Positions 1 to 10,494 of a DNA stretch of 64,000 nucleotides are shown piece after piece. Source of the DNA: Microbulbifer sp. Lineage in GTDB: Bacteria > Pseudomonadota > Gammaproteobacteria > Pseudomonadales > Cellvibrionaceae. The first letter of the stretch is position 1. Each line of letters opens with the position of its first letter. Under the pieces are notes generated by a model that saw nothing but the letters and a program-made list of their open reading frames with translations, was not told the origin of the DNA and searched no databases. The DNA lies in contig NZ_JBOFOC010000025.1 in assembly GCF_051659245.1 (NCBI RefSeq), forward strand, positions 841-64,840, in the 5' to 3' direction. The translations under genes were made by a program, and so were the position numbers.

Positions 1-1574
1 TAGCTGCTCCACTCCACGGTCATGGGTTCGGGGCGGGAGATATCCCCGAATATGATCGGCGGCTTTACGCAACGGGAACCGTAGCTCTGTACCCAGCCAT
101 TGCCGGTGTGCACAAAGCCATCCAGCTGCTCGCCGAAATATTCCACCATGTCGTTGCGCTCCGCCTCGCCGTGCACCAGTACATCCAGGCCGAGTATTTC
201 CTGGCGGCGGATGGCTTCGGCGATTTCCGCGCGCAGGTGTTCCTTGTAATCCGCTTCGGAAATCTCCCCGCTGCGAAACTGTTTGCGCACCTTGCGCAGC
301 AGGTCGGTTTGCGGGAAAGAGCCGATGGTGGTGGTGGGCAGCGACGGCAGTTGCCAGCGCTCGCGCTGCAGGGCGGCGCGCTCCCCGTAGGCTTGCGGGC
401 GCCAGGTGTCCTCCAGTTCCGCCGCCACTGCGGCGGCGGCCGAGGGTGCCGCGGATCCTTCAGCGGCAGTGGCCTCCCCCTTCAGGAGGGACTGCAACTG
501 GCCGAGTTCATTGAGTTTCTGGCGACTGTAGGCCAGTTTCCGCAACTGTTCCGCGGGCAGCGCGGTCTCCGTTTCCAGGTCCACCGGGCAGTGCAGCAGC
601 GAACAGCTGGCGGAGAGCCACAGGCGCTCGCCCAATTGCCGCTCCAGCGGCTGCAGCTGCCGTTGCCACTTGCCCAGGTCGCCGCGCCAGACATTGCGTC
701 CGTTCAACACGCCGACGGAGAGCACCTGATCTTCGCCCAGCGCCTCCACGGCCGCGGCCAATTCTTCCGGCGCGCGCACGCAGTCGATATGCACCCCGGC
801 CACCGGCAGGGAAAAGGCCAGAGGCAGGTTTTCCCGCAGGGAGGAAAAATAGGTGGCCAACAGCAGTTTGAGCGAAGGCGCGGCCTCGGCGAGCTGCTGG
901 TACGCCGGCGCGAAGATGTCGCACCAGGCAGCGGGCAGGTCCAGCCCCAGGATCGGCTCGTCGATCTGCACCCAGTCGACACCGGCCCCGGCGATCTGTT
1001 GCAACAGCTGTTCGTAGCAGGGCAGCAGTTTCGGCAGCAGGTCCAGCGCCTCGCCTTCGGCGCGGCCCAACCACAGGTAGGTCAGCGGACCTATCACCAC
1101 CGGCTTGGCGCGGTGCCCCTGGGACTGGGCCTCCCGCACCTCCTCCAGCAACCAGTCGCTGTCCAGCGCGAAAGACTGGTCCGCAGCGAACTCCGGCACC
1201 AAGTAGTGGTAATTGGTATCGAACCACTTGGTCATGGCGCTGGCCGCCACCGGCTCGCCGGAAGGGGCGCGGCCGCGGGCCAGGCGGAAGTACTGGTCCA
1301 GCTTGCTTTCCGCGGCGCCCTCATCGAAACGCGGCGGCACCGCGCCGAACATCAGCGTATGGTTGAGCACCTGGTCGTACCAGGCGAAATCGCCCACGGC
1401 GACACGGGAGAGCCCCGCATCGCGCTGCGCCTGCCAGTTGCCGCGGCGAATCTCCGCACCCACCGCCAGCAGCCTCTGCTGCGAAATCTCGCCTTTCCAG
1501 TAGGCCTCCTGGGCCTTTTTCAGTTCGCGGCCGGCGCCGATGCGCGGGTAGCCGAGGATATGTGTCTGTGCCAT
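1..1574 (-). CDS. metE: B12-independent methionine synthase, 5' part (runs off left edge)
   Basis: Manual translation from ATG at 1574 gives MAQTHILGYPRIGAGRELKKAQEAYWKGE; later TKWFDTNYHY motif; divergent from metR. Absent from ORF track because no stop lies in the window. Confidence 0.95.
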   Translation of the reverse strand, partial: MAQTHILGYPRIGAGRELKKAQEAYWKGEISQQRLLAVGAEIRRGNWQAQRDAGLSRVAVGDFAWYDQVLNHTLMFGAVPPRFDEGAAESKLDQYFRLARGRAPSGEPVAASAMTKWFDTNYHYLVPEFAADQSFALDSDWLLEEVREAQSQGHRAKPVVIGPLTYLWLGRAEGEALDLLPKLLPCYEQLLQQIAGAGVDWVQIDEPILGLDLPAAWCDIFAPAYQQLAEAAPSLKLLLATYFSSLRENLPLAFSLPVAGVHIDCVRAPEELAAAVEALGEDQVLSVGVLNGRNVWRGDLGKWQRQLQPLERQLGERLWLSASCSLLHCPVDLETETALPAEQLRKLAYSRQKLNELGQLQSLLKGEATAAEGSAAPSAAAAVAAELEDTWRPQAYGERAALQRERWQLPSLPTTTIGSFPQTDLLRKVRKQFRSGEISEADYKEHLRAEIAEAIRRQEILGLDVLVHGEAERNDMVEYFGEQLDGFVHTGNGWVQSYGSRCVKPPIIFGDISRPEPMTVEWSS

Positions 1575-1608
1575 TTGCCTTCCTTCCTGTCAATTCGCTG
1601 ATCGTTCT

Positions 1609-1683
1609 GTAGGAGCGGCCCATGGCCGCGATCGATGCTCGAAGAATGCGGAGAGTCCGATCGCGGCCATGGGGCGCTCCTGC
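1609..1683. repeat. REP doublet (GTAGGAGCGGCCCATGGCCGCGATC type)
   Basis: GTAG-initiated palindrome with inverted partner GATCGCGGCCATGGGGCGCTCCTGC; related copies at 3458 and 52018. Confidence 0.8.
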
Positions 1684-1771
1684 GGGGGAGACGGGCCTGC
1701 GGCCCGTAGCCGAGCCGGGGCTCGGCGCTCCCGGCGTAAATTCGGGGTTGATTCTGAGGGGCAGGTGTTGT

Positions 1772-1815
1772 TCAATCAATTTCATATTTTTTGCCCTGAA
1801 CATGAATTTTTCTAA
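1772..1815. promoter_or_regulatory. Putative MetR binding sites
   Basis: TGAAATTGATTGA (minus, 1772-1784) and TGAATTTTTCTAA (1803-1815) resemble the TGAANNTNNTTCA MetR box, in the metE-metR intergenic region. Confidence 0.45.
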
Positions 1816-1817
1816 AG

Positions 1818-2747
1818 ATGATCGAACTGCGACATTTGCGGGCGCTCACCTTGCTGCGGGAGACCGGCAGCATGGTGCGCGCCGCGGAGCGGCTGCACCT
1901 GACCCAGTCCGCCCTCTCCCATCTGTTCCGCGAGATGGAGGAGCGGCACGACCAGGCGCTGTTCGTGCGCAAGTCGCGCCCGCTGCGCTTTACCAGCGCC
2001 GGGCTGCGGTTGCTGCAGCTGGCGGACGAGGTTCTGCCCCGGGTGGCGCTGGCCCAGCGGGATCTGGCGCGGCTGGCCTCCGGCCAGGCGGGGCGGCTGA
2101 ATATCGCCATCGAGTGCCACAGCTGCTATCAATGGCTGATGCCCACCCTGGACCATTACCGGGACAACTGGCCGGAGGTGGAACTGGACCTTTCCAGCGG
2201 CTTCCACTTTGCGCCACTGCCGGCGCTGGTGCGCGGCGACCTGGACCTGGTGGTGACCTCCAACCCGGACCCGGAACTGAAAGGCATCCACTACCAGCCG
2301 CTGTTCAGCTTCGAGATGTGCCTGGCGGTGAGCCGCAAACACCCGCTGGCGGAGAAGAGCTGGGTGGCCCCGGAGGACCTGGCCGGCGAGGTGCAGATCA
2401 CCTACCCGGTGGAGCGGGAGCGGCTGGATATCTTCCAGCACTTCCTCGACCCCGCCGGAGTGGAACCGGCGGAAATACGCACCGCGGAACTCACCGTAAT
2501 GATGGTGCAGCTGGCGGCCAGCGGCCGCGGCGTCTGCGCGCTGCCCAACTGGGCGCTGCACGACTACCTACAAAAGGGGCAGAAGGGGTTTATCGCCCAG
2601 TTGCGATTGGGGGAGAAAGGATTGTGGAGCACCCTCTACGCGGCGGTGCGCGAGGAGATGCTGGAGCAGGCATTTCTGGAGGATTTTTTACATACCGCGC
2701 GGGAGACCAGTTTTGCCGATTTGAAAGGTATTCGCGCTGCGAACTGA
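1818..2747 (+). CDS. metR: LysR-family regulator MetR
   Basis: MIELRHLRAL HTH, HLTQSALSH and IECHSCYQWL motifs; divergent from metE. Confidence 0.95.
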   Translation: MIELRHLRALTLLRETGSMVRAAERLHLTQSALSHLFREMEERHDQALFVRKSRPLRFTSAGLRLLQLADEVLPRVALAQRDLARLASGQAGRLNIAIECHSCYQWLMPTLDHYRDNWPEVELDLSSGFHFAPLPALVRGDLDLVVTSNPDPELKGIHYQPLFSFEMCLAVSRKHPLAEKSWVAPEDLAGEVQITYPVERERLDIFQHFLDPAGVEPAEIRTAELTVMMVQLAASGRGVCALPNWALHDYLQKGQKGFIAQLRLGEKGLWSTLYAAVREEMLEQAFLEDFLHTARETSFADLKGIRAAN

Positions 2748-2821
2748 AGGCGGAATTCCCGCGAGACAAATGCTTCCCGACACGCTAATGTAACTTCCGC
2801 GAAATATGAGGGGAAACACCC

Positions 2822-3361
2822 ATGCAAACCAACACCGACCGCTGGAACCCGGTAAGCAAGGGCTTACACTGGCTGATTGCCATTTTGATCCTGTGCGCCT
2901 GGGGATCAATAGAGCTCCACGAGTTCTACGAGAAAGGCGACCCTATGCGCAAGTGGTGGGAATACCTGCATTTCACTGTCGGCTTCGGCATACTGCTACT
3001 CGCGCTGCTGCGCCTCTACTGGCGCAGCACCCACCCCCGGCCGAAACTCTTCGGTGGCCGCTGGCAGCAGAAACTCTCACTACTGGTACAGGGGCTGTTT
3101 TACGTATTGATGCTGGCCATGCCGATTACCGGCATGGCCATGCGCCAGTTTGCAGGAAAGGAGACACCACTTTTCTGGCTGTTCAAACTGCCACCGCTGG
3201 TGGAAAAGAATATCGATATTGCCAAACAGTTGGAATTTTTCCATAAAGAACTGCTGTGGAACGCTCTGCTGGCACTGCTGGTGCTGCATATTTCCGGCGC
3301 GCTCTGGCATCACTTCGTAAACCGCGACGACACGCTGCGGCATATGTTTCCGCAGCGATAA
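2822..3361 (+). CDS. Cytochrome b561/YceJ-like di-haem membrane protein
   Basis: 179 aa, four hydrophobic segments with conserved His (LHW, LHF, FFH, LHI..ALWHH), C-terminal RDDTLRHM. Confidence 0.85.
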   Translation: MQTNTDRWNPVSKGLHWLIAILILCAWGSIELHEFYEKGDPMRKWWEYLHFTVGFGILLLALLRLYWRSTHPRPKLFGGRWQQKLSLLVQGLFYVLMLAMPITGMAMRQFAGKETPLFWLFKLPPLVEKNIDIAKQLEFFHKELLWNALLALLVLHISGALWHHFVNRDDTLRHMFPQR

Positions 3362-3387
3362 AAGTTCGGCAACGCGCTTGAAGATAC

Positions 3388-3498
3388 CGTCGTCATACCC
3401 AGTGTCAGCCTCAAGGCCGGCTGGATTCCGGCCTGCGCCGGAATGACGACGATTATTGTAGGAGCGGCGGGGCGGCCATCCGCCCATGGCCGCGAGCG
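3388..3498. repeat. GTCATTCCGGC-type palindromic repeat plus degenerate REP
   Basis: CGTCGTCATA...GGATTCCGGCCTGCGCCGGAATGACGACG (3388-3451), then a partial GTAGGAGCGGC REP (3458-3498), between convergent genes. Confidence 0.65.
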
Positions 3499-3574
3499 GA
3501 CCCTTCACCCCTCTCACACTTGAACACACCGCGGTCATACCGGTGAATACCGATATGACGAAAGACGCGGGGCG

Positions 3575-5314
3575 CTATCGTTTGGGCTTGCGCCCTTTCG
3601 GTTTGCCGCGCGGTTTACCACTACCGCCCTCACCCAGGCGGGCTATATTCATCGCCTTTCCCGCCACCCGCACTTTTTTCAGGTGTTGCAGAATTTCCTT
3701 GGGCATACCTTCCGGCAGGTCCACCGTAGTGTATTCCGGGTAGATTTCAATGCGCCCGATATAGGAGCTGTCCAGCTCCACCTCGTTGGCGATGGCGCCG
3801 ACGATATTGCCCGGTTTCACCCCGGCCTCGCGCCCCACCTCGATGCGGAAGCGCTCCATGCCCTTGTCCGGCGGCGGCATTTTTTTGTCCTTTTCGTAGC
3901 CGCTTTTCTTACGGCCCCGGCTTTCGAAATCCTCATCGCGCTCGCGGCGCTCCCGCCTCTCTGTTCTCTCCCGGGGCTTGTGTTCCTGCTCCTTTACCAG
4001 CAGCGGCTGGTCGCCCTGGGCCATGGCGGCCAGGGCCGCGGCGACGTCCAGCGGGTCGGCTTCGGCCTGCGCCAGGTATTCCTCGACCAATTGGCGGTAG
4101 GGCGCCAGATCGGTAGCGCCCTCCAGAGTGGTGGTAATGCGCTCGCGAAAGCGCTGCATACGCACGTCGTTGACCGCAGCGGCGCTGGGCAGCTGCAGTT
4201 GCTCAATCGGCTTTTTGGTGGCCTTTTCGATCACCCGCAGCATGCGCCGCTCCCGCGGCGCCACAAACAGGATCGCGTCGCCCTCGCGGCCGGCGCGGCC
4301 GGTGCGGCCGATGCGGTGGATGTAGGCCTCGGCGTCGTAGGGGATATCGTAGTTGATCACATGACTGATACGCGCCACGTCCAGGCCGCGGGCGGCCACA
4401 TCGGTGGCCACCACGATATCCAGCTTGCCCTTCTTCAGTTTGTCGATCACCGCTTCGCGCAGGTTCTGCGCCATATCGCCGTTCAGCGCCGCGCTGGCGA
4501 AACCGCGCGCGGCCAGCTTGTCCGCCAGCTCCACGGTGCTGTTCTTGGTGCGCACGAAAATGATCGTCGCGTCCACCGGCTCCGCCTCCAGGATGCGGGT
4601 GAGCGCGTCCAGCTTGTGCAAGCCGCCCACCGGCCAGTAGCGCTGGCGGATAGTCTCCGCGGTCTCGGTTTTTACGCGGATCTTCACTTCCACCGGGTCG
4701 CGCAGGTGTTCCCGGGCGATGGTGGCGATCTCCCTGGGCATGGTGGCCGAGAAGAGCGCGATCTGGCGCTCCTCCGGAATCTGCTCCAACACCCACTTCA
4801 CATCGTCGATAAAACCCATACGCAGCATTTCGTCGGCTTCATCCAGCACCAGGGTCTTCAGGCGGGACAGGTCCAGTGAACCGCGGCGCATATGGTCCAT
4901 CACCCGCCCCGGTGTCCCCACCACCAGCTGCACGCCGCGCTTCAGTTGCTGCATCTGCCCTCGGTAGTCGGCACCGCCGTAAATGGGCGCCACATGGAAA
5001 CCGCGTAGGTTCTGCGCGTAGGACTGGCAGGCTTCAGCCACCTGGATCGCCAGCTCGCGGGTCGGCGCCAGCACTAGCGCCTGGGGACGGCGATCCTTCA
5101 GGTCCAGTTGCGCCAGCAGCGGCAGCGCGAAGGCGGCGGTCTTGCCGGTGCCGGTCTGCGCCTGGCCCAGCAGGTCGCGGCCGGCCAGCAGGGAGGGGAT
5201 CGTCTCCGCCTGGATGGGGGATGGGGTTTCGTAGCCCAGCTTTTCAACGGCACTGAGGATTTCGGCGGGGAGTTCGAGCTGGGAAAAGCTGGTGGCGATC
5301 TGGGAGTCTGTCAT
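3575..5314 (-). CDS. deaD: DEAD-box RNA helicase DeaD/CsdA
   Basis: AQTGTGKT, LAPTRELA, DEAD, SAT, HRIGRTGRAG motifs and C-terminal DbpA-like RNA-binding domain. Start set to ATG 5314 because the longer ORF overlaps the tRNA. Confidence 0.93.
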   Translation of the reverse strand: MTDSQIATSFSQLELPAEILSAVEKLGYETPSPIQAETIPSLLAGRDLLGQAQTGTGKTAAFALPLLAQLDLKDRRPQALVLAPTRELAIQVAEACQSYAQNLRGFHVAPIYGGADYRGQMQQLKRGVQLVVGTPGRVMDHMRRGSLDLSRLKTLVLDEADEMLRMGFIDDVKWVLEQIPEERQIALFSATMPREIATIAREHLRDPVEVKIRVKTETAETIRQRYWPVGGLHKLDALTRILEAEPVDATIIFVRTKNSTVELADKLAARGFASAALNGDMAQNLREAVIDKLKKGKLDIVVATDVAARGLDVARISHVINYDIPYDAEAYIHRIGRTGRAGREGDAILFVAPRERRMLRVIEKATKKPIEQLQLPSAAAVNDVRMQRFRERITTTLEGATDLAPYRQLVEEYLAQAEADPLDVAAALAAMAQGDQPLLVKEQEHKPRERTERRERRERDEDFESRGRKKSGYEKDKKMPPPDKGMERFRIEVGREAGVKPGNIVGAIANEVELDSSYIGRIEIYPEYTTVDLPEGMPKEILQHLKKVRVAGKAMNIARLGEGGSGKPRGKPKGRKPKR

Positions 5315-5394
5315 GGTAGTTACGCTTGGGGCTGGCGGCGGGGCCGGCAAGTATAGGGAGCGGGACACGAGCCGAAGGGCGGGGGTCATGCGGG

Positions 5395-5427
5395 AAAAAA
5401 AACCCCACACCATGCGGCGCGGGGTTT
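5395..5427 (-). terminator. Rho-independent terminator after tRNA-Ala
   Basis: Minus strand AAACCCCGCGCCGCATGGTGTGGGG hairpin followed by a T run. Confidence 0.75.
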
Positions 5428-5434
5428 GGAAATT

Positions 5435-5510
5435 TGGTGGAGCTAAGCGGGATCGAACCGCTGACCTCAACACTGCCAGTGTTGCGCTCTCCCAGCTGAG
5501 CTATAGCCCC
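5435..5510 (-). tRNA. tRNA-Ala(GGC)
   Basis: GGGGCTATAGCTCAGCTGGGAGAGCG-CAACA-CTGGCAG-TGTTG-AGGTCAGCGGTTCGATCCCGCTTAGCTCCACCA, 76 nt with CCA end. Confidence 0.97.
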
Positions 5511-5544
5511 AAATTTGCTGTGCTTTCCGTCGAAAGCGGGGCGC

Positions 5545-5572
5545 ATTCTAACACCGGGCGCCGGCCTGTCAA
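5545..5572 (-). promoter_or_regulatory. sigma70 promoter of tRNA-Ala
   Basis: TTGACA-16 nt-TAGAAT followed by GC-rich discriminator GCGCCCCGC. Confidence 0.8.
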
Positions 5573-5614
5573 CCGGAAAAAAATAACTTTTTAATCAAGT
5601 AGTTAGGGCAGCGG

Positions 5615-7090
5615 TCAGGCCAGGGCGGCGTACTCCTTCTCCCAGCGCTTGAGCACCTTTTTGCCGGCGCCGCCGAGCACTTCCACCGCGTGACGCAGGC
5701 GCGCGCGGCTGAGGTCGGGGCCCAGCAGCACCATGGCGTCCATGACCGAGAAGGAGGCGGTGGTTCCGCTGATGGCCACGAACAGCGGGGCATTGAAGTC
5801 CTTGAGCTTGATCTCCATGGCGGTGGCCAGGGATTTCACCTGTTCGAAGATACCGTCGCGATCCCAGGTTCTGAGCGCCTCAAGACGCCAGAGGGCAAAC
5901 TGCAGCAGCTTCTTCTGCTCATCCGGCTCCAGCTTGTTGCCGCTGAAATCGGCCTCGGTGAGCGGCAGGGTGCCGGCGGCAAGGAAGCCGACCAGGGGGG
6001 CAAAGTCGCCGAAGGTCTCCATGCGTTCGCGGGCGTGGGGCAGCACCTTGAGCAGGTTCTCGCGGTTGAACAGCCAGTCGCGCAGGCGGTCCGCCAGTTG
6101 TTCGTTCTCCAGTTCGCGAATCCACAGGCCGTTCAGCCAGGACAGTTTCTCCACGTCGAACACCGGCCCTCCCAGGGAGACCCGGTGGATATCGAAGTGT
6201 TCGAGCATCTCTTCCAGGGAGAACTTCTCGCGCTCGTCGGGCATGGACCAGCCCATGCGCCCCAGGTAGTTGAGCAGGGCCTCGGGCATAAAGCCGGCGC
6301 GCTGGTAATAGAGGATGGAGGTGGGGTTCTTGCGCTTGGACAGTTTGGTCTTGTCCGGATTGCGCAGCAGCGGCAGGTGGCAGAGCACCGGCATCACCCA
6401 GTCGAAGTACTCGTACAGCAGCTTGTGCTTGGGGGCGGAGTTGATCCACTCCTCGCCGCGCAGCACGTGGGTGATTTCCATCAGGTGGTCGTCCACCACG
6501 TTGGCGAGATGGTAGGTGGGCATGCCGTCGGACTTGAGCAGTATCTGTGCATCCACCTGGGCCCAGTCGATCTCGATGGGGCCGCGCAGCAGGTCTTCCA
6601 CCAGACAGGTTCCGGTCTCGGGCACGTGCATGCGCACCACATAGGGCGCGCCGGCGGCGCGGCGTTTTTCCACCTCTTCCGGCGGCAGGGCCAGGTCGCT
6701 GGGCTTGAGGGCGGTGCGGCCGGCCTCGCGCAGTTGTTCGCGCAACAGCTCCAGCTCTCCGGCGGTGCGGTAGCAGTGGAAGGCGTGACCTTTCTCCACC
6801 AATTGGTCGCAGTACTCGCGGTAGATATCCCCGCGCTCGCTCTGGCGGTAGGGACCACGGGAGCCGCCCACGTCCGGGCCCTCGTCCCAGTCCAGACCCA
6901 GCCAGTGCAGGCTGTCGAGAATGGCCTTTTCCGACTCGGGGGTACTGCGCTGCCGATCGGTATCCTCGATACGCAGCACGAACTGGCCGCCCTGGGCGCG
7001 GGCGAAGCACTGGTTGAACAGGGCGATATAGGCGGTGCCCACATGGGGGTCGCCGGTGGGAGAAGGGGCAATTCGGGTTCTTACGCTCAT
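5615..7090 (-). CDS. gltX: Glutamyl-tRNA synthetase
   Basis: [13 protein letters not shown] (HIGH-like) and KLSKR (KMSKS-like) motifs. Confidence 0.96.
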   Translation of the reverse strand: MSVRTRIAPSPTGDPHVGTAYIALFNQCFARAQGGQFVLRIEDTDRQRSTPESEKAILDSLHWLGLDWDEGPDVGGSRGPYRQSERGDIYREYCDQLVEKGHAFHCYRTAGELELLREQLREAGRTALKPSDLALPPEEVEKRRAAGAPYVVRMHVPETGTCLVEDLLRGPIEIDWAQVDAQILLKSDGMPTYHLANVVDDHLMEITHVLRGEEWINSAPKHKLLYEYFDWVMPVLCHLPLLRNPDKTKLSKRKNPTSILYYQRAGFMPEALLNYLGRMGWSMPDEREKFSLEEMLEHFDIHRVSLGGPVFDVEKLSWLNGLWIRELENEQLADRLRDWLFNRENLLKVLPHARERMETFGDFAPLVGFLAAGTLPLTEADFSGNKLEPDEQKKLLQFALWRLEALRTWDRDGIFEQVKSLATAMEIKLKDFNAPLFVAISGTTASFSVMDAMVLLGPDLSRARLRHAVEVLGGAGKKVLKRWEKEYAALA

Positions 7091-7240
7091 GGCAAACCTG
7101 GTTTGGAGGTTGACGGTGATCTTTTCGGCGCGGGATTATATCGCCGGAGGAGCATAGGGCACAGGCAAAACCGGATTGTTCAATTTTTACTCACAATCGT
7201 CCTCGGCAAAAATGTGTCATACGATTCATCACAAATATTT

Positions 7241-7256
7241 TGTGACCAATATCACA
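7241..7256. promoter_or_regulatory. CRP/Vfr-type binding site upstream of pilus operon
   Basis: Perfect core TGTGA-CCAATA-TCACA, 130 nt upstream of the pilin ATG. Confidence 0.65.
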
Positions 7257-7385
7257 AGTAAGTATCATTGGGTTTGCTTGTCGCCTGTATCTTTTCTCCA
7301 TAAGCGAAAATCCAGGTGCAATGCTATCAAGAGTATCGGGTATACAAAGATCAAAACCCGTACAACAAGAACTTGGAGAACCACC

Positions 7386-7937
7386 ATGCGCACGACACTT
7401 CGTATCCTGGCCGCCGCTTCCCTGGCTGCTGTGACTTTTAATAGCTTTGCCGCTACCGACGGCACCGTCGGCAGCAGCAACTCCAGCGGCAACTTCGATA
7501 TCACACTCACAGTGCCCACCCAAATTATCGTCAAGAACTTTGACGATATGGCTCTAAACACTACTGGTGCCACCCTCGGCAACCCAATTGAAGGTACAGA
7601 GGATATCTGTGTGGGCGGTATCGGCTTCGGCAACTACAGCGTTAGCCTCTCCAGCCAGAACGGTTCCACCGGCGGCTCTGGCACCGATCCTTTCCAACTG
7701 AATGGCGTCGGCCAGAACCTGCCTTATAGCGCCGCCTTCATCAATAACACCAGCAGCACTACCGGCACCGCCGCCGACACCAACGGCGATATCACCGGCA
7801 GCTTTGCCCGCAATGGCAACCTGGATTGCGACACCGACAATGCCCGCGTATTCGTCACCATCGGTGCCACGGAGTGGGAGTCAGCGGTGGAAACCAGCTA
7901 CAGCGACACCCTGACGGTCACAGTGACCGCTCTGTAA
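7386..7937 (+). CDS. Putative major pilin of a chaperone-usher pilus
   Basis: Signal peptide (MRTTLRILAAASLAAVTFNSFA), donor-strand-like N-terminus, one Cys pair, C-terminal YSDTLTVTV strand; directly upstream of the usher. Confidence 0.75.
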   Translation: MRTTLRILAAASLAAVTFNSFAATDGTVGSSNSSGNFDITLTVPTQIIVKNFDDMALNTTGATLGNPIEGTEDICVGGIGFGNYSVSLSSQNGSTGGSGTDPFQLNGVGQNLPYSAAFINNTSSTTGTAADTNGDITGSFARNGNLDCDTDNARVFVTIGATEWESAVETSYSDTLTVTVTAL

Positions 7938-7986
7938 CCAGGCTGGGCCAACCGTCGGCAATCCATCGGCGACGCACCACCTCACA

Positions 7987-10494
7987 ATGAATCGCGCGTT
8001 TGCGGGAGCCCTGCTCGCGCTGGCGCTGTGCGCCCGAAGCGATTTCGGGCTCGCGGCCAGTGCGGCCTTTACGCTGGATACTGCGGCGCCGGACGGTTTC
8101 GCCGACCTGACCGAGGCGCAGCCGCTGGTGGCCGACCTCTACTACGGCGGCCGCGCCATCGGCGCGGCACAGATCACCGTGGACCTGTATACGGTACATT
8201 TCAGCGATCCCGCAGCGGTTCTGGAATTGCTGCCCCCCACACTGGACCCAGAAGGCGTCCTGGCACAGTTGCGCCGGCCCCAGCCGCGCAACTCCCACAG
8301 GGTGTGCCGCTCGCGCCGGCAGCGCGATTGCGGCTTCCTCACCCCGGAGCAGTTCGCGCTGATCTACGACGGCGACCGCTTCCGTATCGACCTGTTCTTC
8401 GCCCCGGAGCTGCTGCCCCAGGAGCCGGCCATTGCCGATCCCTACCTGCCGGAATCCAGCAGCGGCTTCTCCTTTATGCAGAACCTCACGGGCACCTGGT
8501 CCGGGGTAAGAGCCCACGCCGGCGACTCGCAAACCGCTTCCCTGTTCGGCCAATCGATCCTGAGTTTCGGCGAGAGCGGCCTGCACAGCCAGTGGTCCGC
8601 CACCGACGACGGCAACTCGCAGATAACCCAGCTGCACTTGACCAGGGACTACCGCGGCCGTGCCTGGTCCGCAGGACTGATCCAGCCGGCCGGGGGCTTC
8701 AGCAGCTTCGTGGCCTCCCCCTATCTCTATGGCCTGGAGTACCGCAGCTCCAACAACAGCCGGCGGGACAACCGCTACAACCAGGGCGCCCCGCTGGAAA
8801 TCAATATGCCAGTGCGCGGCCGCGTGGAAGTCTACCGGGACGGCCGCCTGGTCCACAGCGAGCTGCTGGAGGCCGGAAACCGCCTGCTGGACACATCCGG
8901 CCTGCCCAGCGGCGCCTACGAAGTGGAGATTCGCACCTTCGACGAGAGTGGAAGGCCCCTGGCGCAACGGCGCGAGTTCTTCGCCAAGGACTCCCAGTTG
9001 CCCGCACCCGGCGAGTGGCGCTGGACGATCCAGGCGGGAAGACCTGCCCGGTTCGAGCAAACGGAACTGCTGCCGGAACAGCAGGACACCTATTTCGTAC
9101 AGGCCGGTATAGCCCGCCGCCTCTTCGACGACACCGGCCTGTTCGTCAACCTGGCTTCCAGCGATTACCAGCAGTTGGCGGAACTGGGAGGGCGCTGGAT
9201 CAGCGAATACCTGGAAGTTTCCCCCAGCCTGATCCAGTCCAGTGACGGCCGCAGCGGCCACCGCCTCTATGCCCTGCTGAAAACCCCGCTGTTCAACCTG
9301 AGCCTGTCGGAAACCCACCTGCAGGAAAGCGACGAAACAACCACCGGCTACAGCCCGCTGGGGACCGGCTACAGCCAGCGCAACGCCGGACTCACCGGCC
9401 TCCTGATGGGCGGGCGCCTGTCCCTGCGCTACTCGGAACGGGATCGCAACCTCTATCTCGAATCCCCCGAATTCACACTGGACACCGAATACACCGGAGC
9501 CACGCAGCTGACAACATTGGAGTATCGCCGCGACTTCTTTCGCAACCGCCACTGGCACGGAGACCTGACCCTGGCACACAGCGACGCCGACGGCCGGGGA
9601 CTCACCACCGCCACCTTTGAGTTTCGCTTCCGCGGCGACCACTGGAACCACAGCGCCCGCCTGCGCGCGGACAGCGGTCGCGAAGATGGCCAAAACGGCC
9701 GAACGGGATTCAACAGCAGCTGGCGCGACGGCGACCGCTGGGCGGCGGAAGTACATCAACAGTTTTCCAGCGAAATGTCGGCGGACGAATACGCCCTGCG
9801 CAGCCGCACCCGCGTCGCCGGCCGCCGCGGCCAGCTCAGCTCCACCCTCGACTACCGCCACAGCGACGCAAACGATGGCGGTACCCTCAATTACCTGGGC
9901 AGTTTCAGCACCAACCTGATGACCGATGGCGACGCCTTTGCCTGGGGCGGTGAACGCGCCCTGAACAGCGCTGTGCTGGTGGATATCGCCGGCGGCGAAG
10001 ACCAGCAGTTCGAGATACTGGTGGACGGCGTGCGCCGCGGTTACGCCAAAGGCGGCGGCCGCTCCGTGGTCAACCTGCCCTCCTTCAAGAGTTACGACAT
10101 CCAGCTGCGCCCGATGGCGGAGGGTTTTTACGACTATCGGGAAATACAGGATACCGTTACCCTCTACCCGGGGAATGTGGCTGCCGCCGAGTATGAAATC
10201 CGGCCGATAATCCTGGTTCTCGGCCGCCTGATACGCAACGGGCAACCGGTAGCGCACAGGAAAATTTCCATCGGCGAATACACCGCGGTTACCGACGAAT
10301 TCGGTGTTTTCCAAATGGAAGTGCACAGCGATCCACAGTTTCTGCGATCACCGGAAGTGCAATGGGGAGGCTGCCTGGTGCCTTTGCCGGGGCAGACGGG
10401 AGGAAAGCACTGGTTGAATTTGGGGGATGTTGATTGGGATAAAGCCCGTTGTTCGCAGACAGTTGCGCAGCGAGGACAAGATGCGCACTCCTGA
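7987..10494 (+). CDS. Outer-membrane usher, CS1/TcfC-like
   Basis: 835 aa with signal peptide, beta-rich body, VEVYRDGRLV..LEAGN..LDTSGLPSGAYEVEIR plug-type motif; pilus context. Confidence 0.8.
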   Translation: MNRAFAGALLALALCARSDFGLAASAAFTLDTAAPDGFADLTEAQPLVADLYYGGRAIGAAQITVDLYTVHFSDPAAVLELLPPTLDPEGVLAQLRRPQPRNSHRVCRSRRQRDCGFLTPEQFALIYDGDRFRIDLFFAPELLPQEPAIADPYLPESSSGFSFMQNLTGTWSGVRAHAGDSQTASLFGQSILSFGESGLHSQWSATDDGNSQITQLHLTRDYRGRAWSAGLIQPAGGFSSFVASPYLYGLEYRSSNNSRRDNRYNQGAPLEINMPVRGRVEVYRDGRLVHSELLEAGNRLLDTSGLPSGAYEVEIRTFDESGRPLAQRREFFAKDSQLPAPGEWRWTIQAGRPARFEQTELLPEQQDTYFVQAGIARRLFDDTGLFVNLASSDYQQLAELGGRWISEYLEVSPSLIQSSDGRSGHRLYALLKTPLFNLSLSETHLQESDETTTGYSPLGTGYSQRNAGLTGLLMGGRLSLRYSERDRNLYLESPEFTLDTEYTGATQLTTLEYRRDFFRNRHWHGDLTLAHSDADGRGLTTATFEFRFRGDHWNHSARLRADSGREDGQNGRTGFNSSWRDGDRWAAEVHQQFSSEMSADEYALRSRTRVAGRRGQLSSTLDYRHSDANDGGTLNYLGSFSTNLMTDGDAFAWGGERALNSAVLVDIAGGEDQQFEILVDGVRRGYAKGGGRSVVNLPSFKSYDIQLRPMAEGFYDYREIQDTVTLYPGNVAAAEYEIRPIILVLGRLIRNGQPVAHRKISIGEYTAVTDEFGVFQMEVHSDPQFLRSPEVQWGGCLVPLPGQTGGKHWLNLGDVDWDKARCSQTVAQRGQDAHS

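Noticed and set aside
108-1601. 497-aa plus-strand ORF
   Set aside because: Antisense shadow of metE caused by GC3 bias; no recognisable motifs.
1690-1745. SAH-riboswitch-like hairpins in the metE leader
   Set aside because: CCGGGAGCGC and GGCTCGG resemble parts of the motif, but the downstream AACGGCGCTC pseudoknot strand is missing.
5435-5510. tRNA-Ala as the integration site of the pilus/flagellar block
   Set aside because: No integrase and no duplicated tRNA 3' end were seen, and gltX lies between the tRNA and the block.
7918-10326. 802-aa minus-strand ORF
   Set aside because: Shadow of the usher gene.
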